Below, piece by piece: positions 1 through 10,183 of a stretch of 64,000 nt of DNA. Both the position numbers and the translations under genes were made by a program. This DNA comes from an uncultured Sulfolobales archaeon. GTDB taxonomy: Archaea; Thermoproteota; Thermoprotei_A; Sulfolobales; NBVN01. The notes beneath the pieces are model-generated. The model was not told the DNA's origin, ran no database searches, and saw only the letters and a list, made by a program, of their open reading frames with translations. Position 1 is the first letter of the stretch; each line of letters opens with the position of its first letter. The DNA lies in the NCBI GenBank assembly GCA_938083005.1, contig CALKCU010000016.1, forward strand, positions 4,285-68,284, given 5' to 3'.

Positions 1-1
1 G

Positions 2-796
2 CGTATAGACTGAGGGCTCGACTAAGCTCGCGAGCTCGCGGCTGAACGCATACACGGCGGCGAAAGCCAGGGGGATGGCGATGACGCATTTCCTCAGTAC
101 CCCCAGGACTACCCCCTTCGGGGACCGCCCGGCGAGCGCCGGAAAGAGCCTGTCGCTCAGCCTGGTGAGGAGGAGGCCCAGGGCGTAGACCGCCAAGGCT
201 ACGCTAAGTCTCAGGACCGTCTCCGCCACGACGACCTCCCTATCTACGCCCAGGAGCTCCCTAGGTACGGCGCTCAGCTCGGACCGGCCGGCGATAGAGA
301 GTTGGACGGCGTGCGCCGTAGCCATCAGCAGGGTCGAGTAGGAGGTAACCGAGAAGGCCGCGACGGGAGCTGATGATAGGACTGAGAGGCCGGCGAAGAG
401 GGCTAGGGAGACCGATAGGGACCGCGCCCACGCTACGGCTAGGATGTAGGCAACGACGTGGGAGCACGAGACCAGGGCCTCTCCCAGATTGCGCACTCCG
501 GTTACGGAGAGGTAGGAGGGGATTATTAACATGAGGAGCAGGGGGATCAAGGAGCCCCCCACATCGAGCGGAGCGCGCCCCGAGGCGTAGGTCACGTAGA
601 GGTGGGCCGCGACGTACAGTAGCGAGAGCGCCGGCACCACTCCTGGGCGGCCACCACCGGCGAGCGCGGTGAGCACGAGGGACAGCAAGAGAACTGGCAG
701 GAGCTCCGGGCGCGCGCTAGGGTACGCTAGTAGGCCCGCGACGGCCAGGTAGATCCCGATCGCGAGAGCTCTCTCCAGCTGCGCCCTCCCGGACAT
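2..796 (-). CDS. polytopic membrane protein, partial (runs off left edge)
   Basis: Absent from the ORF track because no stop lies inside the window. ATG at 796-794 lies 7 nt downstream of the stop of the 803-1783 minus-strand gene. Hand translation (MSGRAQLERALAIGIYLAVAGLLAY...) stays open to position 2 and is dominated by L/A/V/G hydrophobic stretches. Confidence 0.5.
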   Translation of the reverse strand, partial: MSGRAQLERALAIGIYLAVAGLLAYPSARPELLPVLLLSLVLTALAGGGRPGVVPALSLLYVAAHLYVTYASGRAPLDVGGSLIPLLLMLIIPSYLSVTGVRNLGEALVSCSHVVAYILAVAWARSLSVSLALFAGLSVLSSAPVAAFSVTSYSTLLMATAHAVQLSIAGRSELSAVPRELLGVDREVVVAETVLRLSVALAVYALGLLLTRLSDRLFPALAGRSPKGVVLGVLRKCVIAIPLAFAAVYAFSRELASLVEPSVYT

Positions 797-802
797 CGCT
801 GC

Positions 803-1783
803 TCACACCCTGGCCGTGCTCAAGAGCGCGGAGCTCGCCAACACTTTGACGGCCTCCTCCGCGGAAGCGGTTTTAGCTATAATGTTTAGCCCCTCAACGA
901 CTATGTCTCTCAGGCTAAGCTCCACAAGAGCTCTGACCTCGAGCGCGTCGCTGTCAACGTATGTTATCCTTGCTCTGCCCTCGAGTTCCTCCTCTAGCTC
1001 CCGAGTCCTCTCGCGCATACCCCTCCACACGTGAATGGTCCCGGAGAGTTTCTCCACCGGGAGCTCCAGGAGGCCCGTGAACACGTAGAAGACGAGGTTG
1101 AGCGCGCGGCGCACGTCTCTGAATAGAGAGAGGGGCTCGAGCCTAAAGCAGAGGGGTACGTAGGTACCCGTGACCGGGCTCGAGTGGAGCCCCCCTATCA
1201 GATCGGACAGGCACTCCCTCACGTACTCCTCCACCTGCGCTCTCCTCGAGCTCTCCACTACTCTATCTATAGAGAAAGGAAGTATCGTATACCTCCTGTA
1301 GGGTAGCAAACTACCAACCATGGCGGCTATATTTGCCTTGTCGAAGTCTCTCAGGTCCCCGTGATCGAGGCTCAAGACTAGGAGTACGTGCGGTGCCGCC
1401 CTCAGTTTCCGCACAAACTCCAGCGTCCTGTAAGCCAGCGCGAGGGACCCATCGCGTATACCGGCGACCGCCGTTACGAAGGAGGTCCTCCTGGAGCTAA
1501 CGTACGATGACATCACGCGCGCCAGCTCCTCGTAGTCCGCTAGCTCTGCCCGGGGCGTTAGGACGAGTTCTCTCTCCAGTTGGACCTGCCTACACTTAAC
1601 AGCCCTCCACCTGCCGGGGGGCTGGGGACTCCCGTCGGGGCTCAAAACGAATACCAGCTGGTAGGACTCGAGGGCTCTAGCGAAAAGGTGGAGGAGGCTC
1701 GCGGGGACTATGGCCATCCTCTCCTGCTCTACCAGTTCGAGCCCGTCCAAGAGCTCGAGGACGTAACCCAGCGCTCGGCTCAC
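803..1783 (-). CDS. hypothetical protein (326 aa)
   Basis: Long ORF with ATG start, tightly followed by the membrane-protein ORF. I recognise no family motif. Confidence 0.6.
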   Translation of the reverse strand: MSRALGYVLELLDGLELVEQERMAIVPASLLHLFARALESYQLVFVLSPDGSPQPPGRWRAVKCRQVQLERELVLTPRAELADYEELARVMSSYVSSRRTSFVTAVAGIRDGSLALAYRTLEFVRKLRAAPHVLLVLSLDHGDLRDFDKANIAAMVGSLLPYRRYTILPFSIDRVVESSRRAQVEEYVRECLSDLIGGLHSSPVTGTYVPLCFRLEPLSLFRDVRRALNLVFYVFTGLLELPVEKLSGTIHVWRGMRERTRELEEELEGRARITYVDSDALEVRALVELSLRDIVVEGLNIIAKTASAEEAVKVLASSALLSTARV

Positions 1784-1883
1784 GAGTCTCCTAGCAGTAC
1801 TCGATTTACGACAAAAATTAAGCGGTAGCCCTCGCTCTCTGGTGCGCGCGGATGGGAGCTCTTCGCCTAAGCGCGATCCCGCC

Positions 1884-2279
1884 TCAGGCTGTTTGAGGCC
1901 TCCTGTGCAGGAATCTGATCAAGCAGAGCTCGTTGAGGCTCTTGTTCACCTGGACCCTCCACTGGTGGACCCAGGGTTGGGGCACCGGGCCGAGAGAGGA
2001 TGCGGTGGCGCTCGCGGAGGGACCGACCCTCTGAAGGGATAGGTGGGTAGCCACCGCCGCTACAGCCGCCGCTATTCTACTGGTAGCTGGGGGCTTAGCG
2101 GCCTCCTCGACGACCTCAGGCTTAGGAGCAGCGGTCGCCGCGGGGGCGGCCGAGGGCTTGGCCTCCCTCCTCGAGAGGAGCCACATGGAGGCTCTCAGCG
2201 AGGCTACTATGATGGTCAGTATGATGAAGGCTAGGAGGTAGGCGTAGACTACCGCTAGGAGGTCCGCGACGCCAGCCAT
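1884..2279 (-). CDS. small N-terminally anchored membrane protein, OadG-like (uncertain)
   Basis: N-terminal TM helix (LLAVVYAYLLAFIILTIIVASL), an Ala/Pro-rich linker, then IAAAVAAVATH. This resembles sodium-pump decarboxylase gamma (OadG) proteins. The C-terminal third looks non-native, so the true stop and extent are uncertain. Confidence 0.35.
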   Translation of the reverse strand: MAGVADLLAVVYAYLLAFIILTIIVASLRASMWLLSRREAKPSAAPAATAAPKPEVVEEAAKPPATSRIAAAVAAVATHLSLQRVGPSASATASSLGPVPQPWVHQWRVQVNKSLNELCLIRFLHRRPQTA

Positions 2280-2740
2280 AGGCCCCAGAACACCGGGATC
2301 CGGGCCCTAAAAAAGCTCTCCCGGGCATTCCCGACAGCGAGAGAGGCTAGCTCTCGGTTGGACTGCCCTCGCTGGTCGCCGGCTCGTAACGATCTTGCGC
2401 GGCGTCGCGCGGAGAAGCCGCGGGCGCGGGGATACCGATATGCTCTGAGTCGCGCTGTCCGATCGGGGTCCCTTTACCTCCCCCATCGGGAGCGCGACGC
2501 TCGACAATGATCTCTGGAAGTGATGAGAGGGAGACGCCCGTAGCTCTGGGGCCCTACGCGCCACCGGTGGAGCGAGCATCCCGGTGGGCGGGGTCGGCCC
2601 CGCTGGCGGGGAAGAGCTTCCTTCTGGTCCGGAGGGTTCTCGAGGGGATAGCGCACGCCCGCTGGAGACTGCGCGGTTTGAGGCCGAGCCGATCCTGACT
2701 TTAATATAGCGCGCTACCCCCTTCTCGGCGGGTCTGAGGA

Positions 2741-4084
2741 GTGGTCAACGTAAGGCCCGGTGACTTGGTGAGAGTGCACACCAGAGCGGGTCTCGTCGTC
2801 GAGGGGGTAGTGCTGCCCTCGACCGAGGTCGCCTCCGAGGGACACGTAGTGCTGAAGCTCTCAAACGGCTACAATATTGGTGTCTCCCTAGAGGGAGCGA
2901 CCGTGGAGGTCTTGGCGGAGGGCTACCTGAGGCTAGCCGAGCACGAGGGATCCCAGGGGGTCACAGTAATTAAGGGCGAGGGCGCCCTCAGGATGGCCTT
3001 CGTTAGCACCGGGGGGACCATTACGAGCAGGGTTGAGTACGAAACGGGTGCCGTCAGGCCCGCGCTAAGCGCTGGCGACCTCGTCGAGTTCGCTCCGGAG
3101 CTGCGCGAGCTGTCCGCGGAGCTAGTGGCGGTCGACCTGATGAGGAAGCTGAGCGAGAACATGACGCCGGAGGACTGGTCCCGCATCTCCGAGGAGGTCG
3201 GTAAGCGCCTGAGATCGGGAGCCGACGGAGTGATCGTGGCCCACGGCACGGACACCATGTCCTACACGGCAGCGGCGCTGGCGTTCTCCCTTAGGAGCCT
3301 GGGGAACCCCGTAGTCATGGTTGGTGCTCAGAGGAGCAGTGACAGGCCGAGTACGGACGCTCTCTACAACCTCAGGGCCTGTCCCATCGTGATCAGAGAC
3401 GCCCCGTTCGCCGAGGTGGTCGTGGCCATGCACGGGAGCAGTGACGACCTCTACTCCCTCGTCCACAGGGGCGTCCGGGTCAGGAAGATGCACTCGAGCA
3501 GGAGGGACGCCTTCCAGACGATCAACGACCTGCCCCTGGCGAAGGTCTACGTAAATGAGAGGAGGTTCGAGCTGATCAACAGGAACTACATCCCCAGAAC
3601 CGGGAGCCCCGACGTCCGCGTGATGAGCAGGTTCAGCGACAGAGTAGCCCTCCTCAAGTCCTACCCCGGCTTGGACTGCGGGATCATCGACTACCTGGTG
3701 GACAGGGGGTATAGGGGTATCGTGATCGAGGGCACCGGGCTGGGCCATATCCGTGAGGAGTGCGCGGAGAGCGTTGGGAGGGCTACTGAAGAGGGGGTCG
3801 TCGTGGCCATGGCTACGCAAACGATCTTCGGGAGAGTGAACATGAACGTCTACACGACTGGTCGGAGGCTTCTCAAGGTCGGAGTGGTTCCTGTGGACGA
3901 CATGCTTTCGGAGGTAGCCTTCGTCAAGCTCTCGTGGCTCTGGGGGAACTACCCGAGCGAGGACCCCCGCAGGATAGCCTCCATGCTCGTCACGAACATG
4001 GCTAACGAGATAGGGGGCGCGCAGGGCTTGGAGACCTTCCCGAGGTGGTACCATGGAGATCGACTACAAGAGCCTCGGGCTTAG
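2741..4084 (+). CDS. gatD: Glu-tRNA(Gln) amidotransferase subunit D
   Basis: 447 aa with the asparaginase-type motif VIVAHGTDTMSYTAAALAF. Overlaps the following gatE by 32 nt. Confidence 0.95.
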   Translation: MVNVRPGDLVRVHTRAGLVVEGVVLPSTEVASEGHVVLKLSNGYNIGVSLEGATVEVLAEGYLRLAEHEGSQGVTVIKGEGALRMAFVSTGGTITSRVEYETGAVRPALSAGDLVEFAPELRELSAELVAVDLMRKLSENMTPEDWSRISEEVGKRLRSGADGVIVAHGTDTMSYTAAALAFSLRSLGNPVVMVGAQRSSDRPSTDALYNLRACPIVIRDAPFAEVVVAMHGSSDDLYSLVHRGVRVRKMHSSRRDAFQTINDLPLAKVYVNERRFELINRNYIPRTGSPDVRVMSRFSDRVALLKSYPGLDCGIIDYLVDRGYRGIVIEGTGLGHIREECAESVGRATEEGVVVAMATQTIFGRVNMNVYTTGRRLLKVGVVPVDDMLSEVAFVKLSWLWGNYPSEDPRRIASMLVTNMANEIGGAQGLETFPRWYHGDRLQEPRA

Positions 4085-5966
4085 AGTAGGGCTCGAGGTA
4101 CACCAGCAGCTGAGCACCAAGTCGAAGCTGTTCTGCGGCTGCCCGGCCGAGCTGGCACCCGAGAACGCGGTATACCGTGAGGTAATCCGCAACCTGTGGC
4201 TGGGCAAGTCCGAGCTCGGGGAGCTGGACCCCGCGGCAGCGTACGAGGTCGCTCGGGGTAGGAGGATCGTCTACAGGGCCCCCGAGGGATACGTTTGCCT
4301 GGTCGAGCTGGACGAGGAGCCTCCGCACGACATCAACAAGGAGGCCTTGGCGACAGCTCTGTCCATAGCTAGAGCGCTGAACGCGAAGCCCGTCGACGAG
4401 ATCTACGTGATGAGGAAGATAGTGGTGGACGGATCGAACACCTGCGGGTTCCAGAGGACTGCGATCATAGCCCTCGGCGGCTACGTCGAGGACGAGGAGG
4501 GTACGGTGGGGATCCAGACGATAGCCCTTGAGGAAGACGCGGCCAGAAAGGTGGACGAGGGACCGGGCTTCGTGGTCTATAACCTCGACAGGCTCGGGAT
4601 ACCCCTCATCGAGGTGAGCACAGCACCGGACATCAGGACCCCGGAGCAGGCCCTCAGAGTAGCGTACAGGATAGGGCTCATAATGAGGCTGAGCGGCAAG
4701 GTCAGGAGGGGCATAGGCACGATAAGGCAGGACCTTAATATATCGATAGAGAAGGGGGCTAGGACTGAGGTCAAGGGGGTGGACAAGCTGGAGCTCATCC
4801 CGAAGGTCGTGGCGTACGAGGTGATGAGGCAGCTCTCCCTGCTCGGCATTAAGGACGAGCTCCACAGGAGGGGGCTTAGGCCGGAAGACGTCCCGGACTC
4901 GTTCGTTGACGTAACCGAGGTGCTGAAGGACTGCGAGAGCAGGGTGGTAAGGTCCGGTGTAGAGAAGGGCATGAGAGTCTACGCGCTACCGCTCCCGGGC
5001 TTCAGGGGGATACTGGGTACCGAGGTCTGCCCCGGCAGGAGGTTCGGCACAGAGCTGGCTGACTACGCGAGGGCCTGGGGCGGGGTTAGCGGGATAATCC
5101 ACAGCGACGAGCTCCCGGCGTACGGGATCTCGGAGCGCGACCTGGACTCCATCTACGAGCGCTTAGGCCTCGTCAAGCTCAAGGACGCTTTCATACTGAT
5201 AGTGAGCGATCGCGAGAGGGCCGAGAGGGCCTTCAGCGCTGTCGTGGACAGGCTTAGGTACGCGTTCGTGGGCGTCCCCAGGGAGACCCGGGCCGCGAAC
5301 CCCGACGGCACAACCAGGTACCTAAGGCCGCAGCCGGGTACGGCCAGGATGTACCCGGAGACGGACATACGCCCGATAAGAGTGGACAGCTCCCTGCTAG
5401 AGGAGGTAGAGAGAATCAAGATACCCAAGCCTGAGGAGGTGCTGAGGGTCCTAGTCGAGGAGCACGGCCTTTCGCGGGACCTCGCGGCGCAGCTCATCAG
5501 GGAGCCTGTCCTGGATCTCTACCTGGACCTAGTCGACGATCTGAGGGGGGTCACCAGCCCGCAGATTATCGCTACGACGATTCTCATCCACATGAAGTCT
5601 CTGAAGAGGGAGGGACTAAGCGTCGAGAGGGTCAGGTACGTCGACCTGGCCGGGATCCTGAGAGCCGTAGGTCGAGGGGAGATAGCGAAGGAGGCCGTCC
5701 CGGAGGTGATCAAGGCCGTGGCCTCCGGCTCGAGCCTCGAGGAGGCGCTGAAGCCTTTCAGGACCCTGAGTGTAGAGGAGGTAGAGAGAATAGTCGAGAG
5801 CATAATAGAGTCTAACATCGAGACCATAAGGGCCAGGGGTCCGGAAAGGTCTCTCGGTTTCGTAATGGGGAGAGTCATGTCGGTGGTCAGGGGTAGAGCG
5901 GACGGCGCTATGGTCAACGCCATCGTTAGGAAAAAGCTTCTGAGCCTCTTCCGTGAGCAGGGGTAG
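4053..5966 (+). CDS. gatE: Glu-tRNA(Gln) amidotransferase subunit E
   Basis: 637 aa. N-terminus GLRVGLEVHQQL...KLFCGCP is typical of the GatB/GatE family. Operon partner of gatD. Confidence 0.95.
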   Translation: MEIDYKSLGLRVGLEVHQQLSTKSKLFCGCPAELAPENAVYREVIRNLWLGKSELGELDPAAAYEVARGRRIVYRAPEGYVCLVELDEEPPHDINKEALATALSIARALNAKPVDEIYVMRKIVVDGSNTCGFQRTAIIALGGYVEDEEGTVGIQTIALEEDAARKVDEGPGFVVYNLDRLGIPLIEVSTAPDIRTPEQALRVAYRIGLIMRLSGKVRRGIGTIRQDLNISIEKGARTEVKGVDKLELIPKVVAYEVMRQLSLLGIKDELHRRGLRPEDVPDSFVDVTEVLKDCESRVVRSGVEKGMRVYALPLPGFRGILGTEVCPGRRFGTELADYARAWGGVSGIIHSDELPAYGISERDLDSIYERLGLVKLKDAFILIVSDRERAERAFSAVVDRLRYAFVGVPRETRAANPDGTTRYLRPQPGTARMYPETDIRPIRVDSSLLEEVERIKIPKPEEVLRVLVEEHGLSRDLAAQLIREPVLDLYLDLVDDLRGVTSPQIIATTILIHMKSLKREGLSVERVRYVDLAGILRAVGRGEIAKEAVPEVIKAVASGSSLEEALKPFRTLSVEEVERIVESIIESNIETIRARGPERSLGFVMGRVMSVVRGRADGAMVNAIVRKKLLSLFREQG

Positions 5967-5974
5967 CCTTCAGT

Positions 5975-6604
5975 TCACGCCGCCGGGCCCGCGAGCGCGG
6001 GTAGTACAGGCGCGGGGGTCCCTCCGGCATGGCTAGCGTGGAGAGCCTGCGCGATCCTCTCCACCTCGCTCAGGAACTCTCGCGAGCTGCGGACAACCCT
6101 CAGCAGCCTCCTTACGTGAGTCTTGCTCAAGCCCAGGTCCCTGGAGAGCTTGGAGACGTCCGCAGAGCCCTCGGCGACTAGGGCATACGCTATGGCAGCG
6201 ATGGCGTACTTCGCTCTGTCCGTCCTGGAGCACAGCCTGGGGTACTTCATCATCACCGCGACTATCGCTTCCAGGGCTTTGCTCCTGGGTAGGTAGACTC
6301 TCCTCCTCACTACCTTAACCCTCTTCCCCAGGACCAGGTATCTACCGAAGGAATCGCTGTCGACGTAGAGTGCTGGTCTGTGCTTTATCTCCTTCAGTAT
6401 CTCTAAGTACTTGACCGACGCGTCGGAGATTCTCCCGAAGTTTCTCGCAGCGGTTCTCTCCCTCGGAGACTCCAGCTCGCGCCCGAAGCCTCCTCCGCCG
6501 ACATATATGGAGTCCACGACCGTACCGCACTCCGAGCATACCACCGTACCCCTACTCTCGTCCCAGACCAGGGAGTTTTCGGTTCCGCAGTAGGGACACT
6601 CCAA
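5975..6604 (-). CDS. truncated TFB paralog (TFIIB-type Zn ribbon plus one helical/HTH domain)
   Basis: N-terminus MECPYCGTENSLVWDESRGTVVCSECGTVVD is a TFIIB-type zinc ribbon. Only 209 aa, with one HTH-like segment (VSKLSRDLGLSKTHVRRLLRVV) instead of two cyclin repeats. Confidence 0.75.
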   Translation of the reverse strand: MECPYCGTENSLVWDESRGTVVCSECGTVVDSIYVGGGGFGRELESPRERTAARNFGRISDASVKYLEILKEIKHRPALYVDSDSFGRYLVLGKRVKVVRRRVYLPRSKALEAIVAVMMKYPRLCSRTDRAKYAIAAIAYALVAEGSADVSKLSRDLGLSKTHVRRLLRVVRSSREFLSEVERIAQALHASHAGGTPAPVLPALAGPAA

Positions 6605-6769
6605 GGCCTACTCCATCGGGAGGGTTCGGATAATACCTACAGTGCTTTTGGGTAAAGGTGCTACGGCCGCCGAGAGAGCTAGCCGAAAGTATCGGTGCCT
6701 GGGAGCCTGACGCGACTCAGCTCCATTTGAGTATATTACACTCGGCGGGAGCGCTACTCGGGTGCCTTA

Positions 6770-7681
6770 GTGCTCAGGGATAGATTCGGGAGGCCTCTGA
6801 CTCACCTTCGCATCTCCGTAACTAACTCCTGCAACTACTCCTGCGTCTTCTGCCACAGGGAGGGTTTCTTTGAGGACTCGGGCGAGGAGCTCTCCCCGGA
6901 GGACTGGGACTTCTTCATAGAGGTGGCGGCGGGGCTCGGGCTGAGGTATTACAAGTTCACCGGGGGCGAGCCGCTGCTCTACAGAGGCATCGTAGATGTC
7001 GTGGCGTCCGTGAAGAAGCACGGCGGGGTCCCCTCCATAACCACCAACGGGTACCTGCTGAGGGAGTTCGCGGAGCCTCTGTCTAAAGCTGGCGTAGACC
7101 ACATCAACGTATCGCTCCACTCTCTCAGGCGCGAGGTGTACGCCGCCATAACGGGTCGCGACTCCCTGGATGAGGTGCTCGCCGGAATACGGGAGGCTCT
7201 GAAGCACGGTATTAGGCTTAAGATAAACTACCTGGTTCTAAAGCCCAACATCGACGAGGCCTCGAGCCTGATAGAATTCGCCTCGGAGAATGGCGTGGAC
7301 GTCAACGTGATCGAGCTGATACCGCTCGGGATGACCAAGGACCTCTACGAGGAGCTGCACGCGGACCTCGGGGGTATAGTGAAGCACCTCGAGGCCGTGA
7401 GCATCGAAAAGCGCGTTGAGGCGTTCCAGAACAGGGTGGTCTACGTTCTCCCGTCAGGAGCGTGGGTCTACGTCATAAAGGGATACGGGTACCCGCTCCT
7501 GTGCGCCGGGTGCACGAGGATCCGCGTGGGACCCGACGGGAGGCTAAAGCTATGCCTCTACAGGGGCGACGTCTACCTGGACACGAGGCCATCGATCAAG
7601 GCCAGAGACGCGGATGGAGTGAGGAGAGCTATAATGAAAGCGGCCGAATTGAGAGAGCCGTACTTCAGAAGCTGCCTCTAA
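6770..7681 (+). CDS. moaA: GTP 3',8-cyclase (molybdenum cofactor biosynthesis protein A), radical SAM
   Basis: LRISVTNSCNYSCVFCHREG radical-SAM CxxxCxxC motif. 303 aa with a C-terminal Cys cluster (CAGCTRIRV). Confidence 0.9.
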   Translation: MLRDRFGRPLTHLRISVTNSCNYSCVFCHREGFFEDSGEELSPEDWDFFIEVAAGLGLRYYKFTGGEPLLYRGIVDVVASVKKHGGVPSITTNGYLLREFAEPLSKAGVDHINVSLHSLRREVYAAITGRDSLDEVLAGIREALKHGIRLKINYLVLKPNIDEASSLIEFASENGVDVNVIELIPLGMTKDLYEELHADLGGIVKHLEAVSIEKRVEAFQNRVVYVLPSGAWVYVIKGYGYPLLCAGCTRIRVGPDGRLKLCLYRGDVYLDTRPSIKARDADGVRRAIMKAAELREPYFRSCL

Positions 7682-7833
7682 GGGATCCAGGCTGCTCTGA
7701 GCGTAGGTGGGCTGGTAGAGGCGGTTCTAGCCGCCGCTGATTTCTCCGCCGCGCCTGGCTTCCTCCTTCCGCAGCCTTCCCATTCCTTATGGCGTATAAA
7801 CCTAGGAAGCTCCCGAGCGGGGGACCCCATCCA

Positions 7834-8628
7834 TCACTTGTACTCGCCTAAGGCATTCTCTATCTCGGCTATGAGCTCGTCGAGCCCTACGGCCTCCCGC
7901 GCCGAGACGGGCACCGGGGACTTGATGAACCGTCTGAACAGCTCGCATAGCTGTAGCGAGATCGAGGCGTCGAGGAGGCTCTCGCCGGTGACCAAGGAGG
8001 AACACTCCTCGTACTCCGACAGGAGCCTGTAGATAGGCAACGTTTCGAGGAGCTTCTCGTGGAGCCTCGTCCCGCTGTAGGCCGTCAAGTCTACCACGAG
8101 GTCCACCTTGTTAACCGCTAAGACCATGGGGAGGTTGAGCCTATACATCGCGGAGAGCGCGAGGAGCAGGAGGGAGTACGCTGAGTAGGTCCTCGAGGCG
8201 AGTCTCGCGTCTATCAGGAAGACCATCGCGGCCCTGCTCCCCGAAGAGAGCTCGTGGAGGAGCCGCGGGCCAAGCAGCCTGAACGCCACGACCTCGAGCT
8301 GCCCCGGGAGGTCGGCTAGGGCGTAGTCCGCTCGGCACTCGTCGATCTCCGCTCTGACGTCCTCGACGTAGTTGAGGAGCTCGTCCATGCTGGCCAGCAG
8401 GGCGCCGTTAGGCCCCAGCCCCTTCTTGAACATCAGGTCCCTGGCGTTCACGTACCTCCTAACATCGACGTCGGGCACGTAGGGCAGCAGCTCGGCGGCC
8501 GGGTCAAGGTTGACCTTACACACGAAGTGCTCGAAGCTCTCGAGCCAGAGAGCTAGAGACGACGTGAGCGTAGACTTCCCCGAGCCCGCGGGCCCGGCGA
8601 TGAACACTACGTTCATCCTCGAACCCAC
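7834..8628 (-). CDS. GPN-loop GTPase
   Basis: P-loop FIAGPAGSGKST and a GPNG motif (KKGLGPNGALL). 264 aa. Confidence 0.85.
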   Translation of the reverse strand: MGSRMNVVFIAGPAGSGKSTLTSSLALWLESFEHFVCKVNLDPAAELLPYVPDVDVRRYVNARDLMFKKGLGPNGALLASMDELLNYVEDVRAEIDECRADYALADLPGQLEVVAFRLLGPRLLHELSSGSRAAMVFLIDARLASRTYSAYSLLLLALSAMYRLNLPMVLAVNKVDLVVDLTAYSGTRLHEKLLETLPIYRLLSEYEECSSLVTGESLLDASISLQLCELFRRFIKSPVPVSAREAVGLDELIAEIENALGEYK

Positions 8629-9062
8629 GGCGGTTTCCCGAGGGATCTAATATAGACATGCGATAAGAATCCGGGAGGAGGCGGAGAGGGTCGGTAGCGT
8701 TGAGCTCAACCGACTTTGCGGGCAAGGGTGGTGATCTTGCGAGCGGTAAACCCCTAGCGAGGAGGACGCGAGTATAGCTGAGTCCACCGGTGGACTGTCC
8801 CTCTAGTGGCGTCCCCGGAAGGTGTTCGCGAACTTCTCCTACCCCCAAGGGGGGAGGCGGTGAGAGCTCTGCCCAAGCTCCCGGGGGCGACTAAATGGGG
8901 GTCCAGCCCCGCGGGCTCAGCGACCGCTCATGACACCAGGGAGGCGCACGAAGTGAGTCGACTAATATCCGGGACGAGCGAGAGACCGCGAGGCCTCTCC
9001 GACCTCCAGCAGCCTGTTCTGATGTTAAAAGGAGGAACAGGGTAGATAGTCGTGGTGCGAGC

Positions 9063-9854
9063 TTGAGCGGCAGGATTCCGACCGGGATAGAGCCCCTCGA
9101 TGCGGGCGCTCCTGAGGGGATTCCTCGCGCGTCGACCATACTAATAGCCGGCGAGTCCGGTACCGGGAAATCGGCTCTCATAGCCCACCTGGCGGCTAAC
9201 TTCATGTCCAGGGGCGAGAAGTGCGTCTACGTGGCCCTAGACGACTCTCCGGAATCCTTCGTGGAGCAGCTGGAGAGTTTTGGGTGGCCCGGTCGCGACT
9301 TCCACTCCAGGGATCTGCTCAACATCATAGACGGGTACACCTACACCACCGGCAAGTACCTGAGCTCGGCGTACGCCAAGAAGAGCGTCAACGTGCAGAA
9401 GGTGGACGAGCTGGTGTACTCCCTGCTCAGCTCGGTAGAGGAGCTCAAGCTGGAGGGCACCGGGATCCTCATAGTAGACTCCCTGAACGACCTGCTCTAC
9501 TTCCACGACATTACCAAGATAGTCACGCTGGTGAAGTCTGTCAGGGCCCACGTGTCTAAGCTGAGGAGGGTCCTAGGGGTCATGGTCCTCCACACGGATA
9601 CCGAGGAGAGCGCCGAGCTCGCGAGAAACATAGAGCACCTGTTCGACGGGGTCGTATACACGAGGATAAACGAGGAGCTGAGGAAAATAGGGATACCGCT
9701 CAAGGAGCTCCTAGTCAAGAAGCTGAGGGGGGCCCCGACGAATCCCTTCTGGATACCCTACGCCATAACTAGCTCGGGAATACGCCCTGTGGACGTAGAG
9801 AAACTCGCGAAGCTGATCAAGTCCAGGCTTGAGGAGTACGAGAGGCTCAAATGA
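9063..9854 (+). CDS. KaiC/RecA-superfamily ATPase
   Basis: RIPTGIEPLDAGAPEGIPRASTILIAGESGTGKS is the typical KaiC/RadA-like N-terminus with Walker A. Confidence 0.8.
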   Translation: MSGRIPTGIEPLDAGAPEGIPRASTILIAGESGTGKSALIAHLAANFMSRGEKCVYVALDDSPESFVEQLESFGWPGRDFHSRDLLNIIDGYTYTTGKYLSSAYAKKSVNVQKVDELVYSLLSSVEELKLEGTGILIVDSLNDLLYFHDITKIVTLVKSVRAHVSKLRRVLGVMVLHTDTEESAELARNIEHLFDGVVYTRINEELRKIGIPLKELLVKKLRGAPTNPFWIPYAITSSGIRPVDVEKLAKLIKSRLEEYERLK

Positions 9855-10092
9855 GTTGAGGATAGCGATCAGCGTCTCCAGCAAGTGCGATCTCTGCGGC
9901 CTCTGCGCGGAGTACTGCCCCACCGGGGTTTTTAGGGTCTCGGGCTCCCGCCTGGAGGTAAACGAGAGCGCCTGCATATACTGCAAGGGCTGCGAGGTGT
10001 TGTGCCCCGTCCGAGCGATAAGCGTGCGCGCTCTGGACGAAGGTCTCAGCATTGTGAGGGGGAGGACCCTCGTCTCGGCGAAACCGAGTTAA
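9829..10092 (+). CDS. 2x[4Fe-4S] ferredoxin
   Basis: Two CxxCxxCxxxCP motifs (CDLCGLCAEYCP, CIYCKGCEVLCP). The start may instead be the TTG at 9856. Confidence 0.8.
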   Translation: MRSTRGSNELRIAISVSSKCDLCGLCAEYCPTGVFRVSGSRLEVNESACIYCKGCEVLCPVRAISVRALDEGLSIVRGRTLVSAKPS

Positions 10093-10183
10093 CGTATATA
10101 CGTAAAATAATGACCGGTTTTCCCAACTTTAGGAAGAAAGTTTATAAGCTTGCTGTGTAAAAACGCTCTCGGAGGCGAACCGC

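Noticed and set aside
2519-2525. C-box-like GTGATGA suggesting a C/D box sRNA upstream of gatD.
   Set aside because: No CTGA D or D' box within the expected 12-60 nt downstream, and no terminal stem.
8629-9062. Possible SRP RNA in the 430-nt divergent spacer (CCCCGGAAGG at about 8812-8821, GGUAAACCCC at about 8745).
   Set aside because: The GGAA loop is not closed by a stable stem and lacks the universally conserved GGAAGGGAGCA / AGCA helix-8 elements. The evidence is too weak to call.
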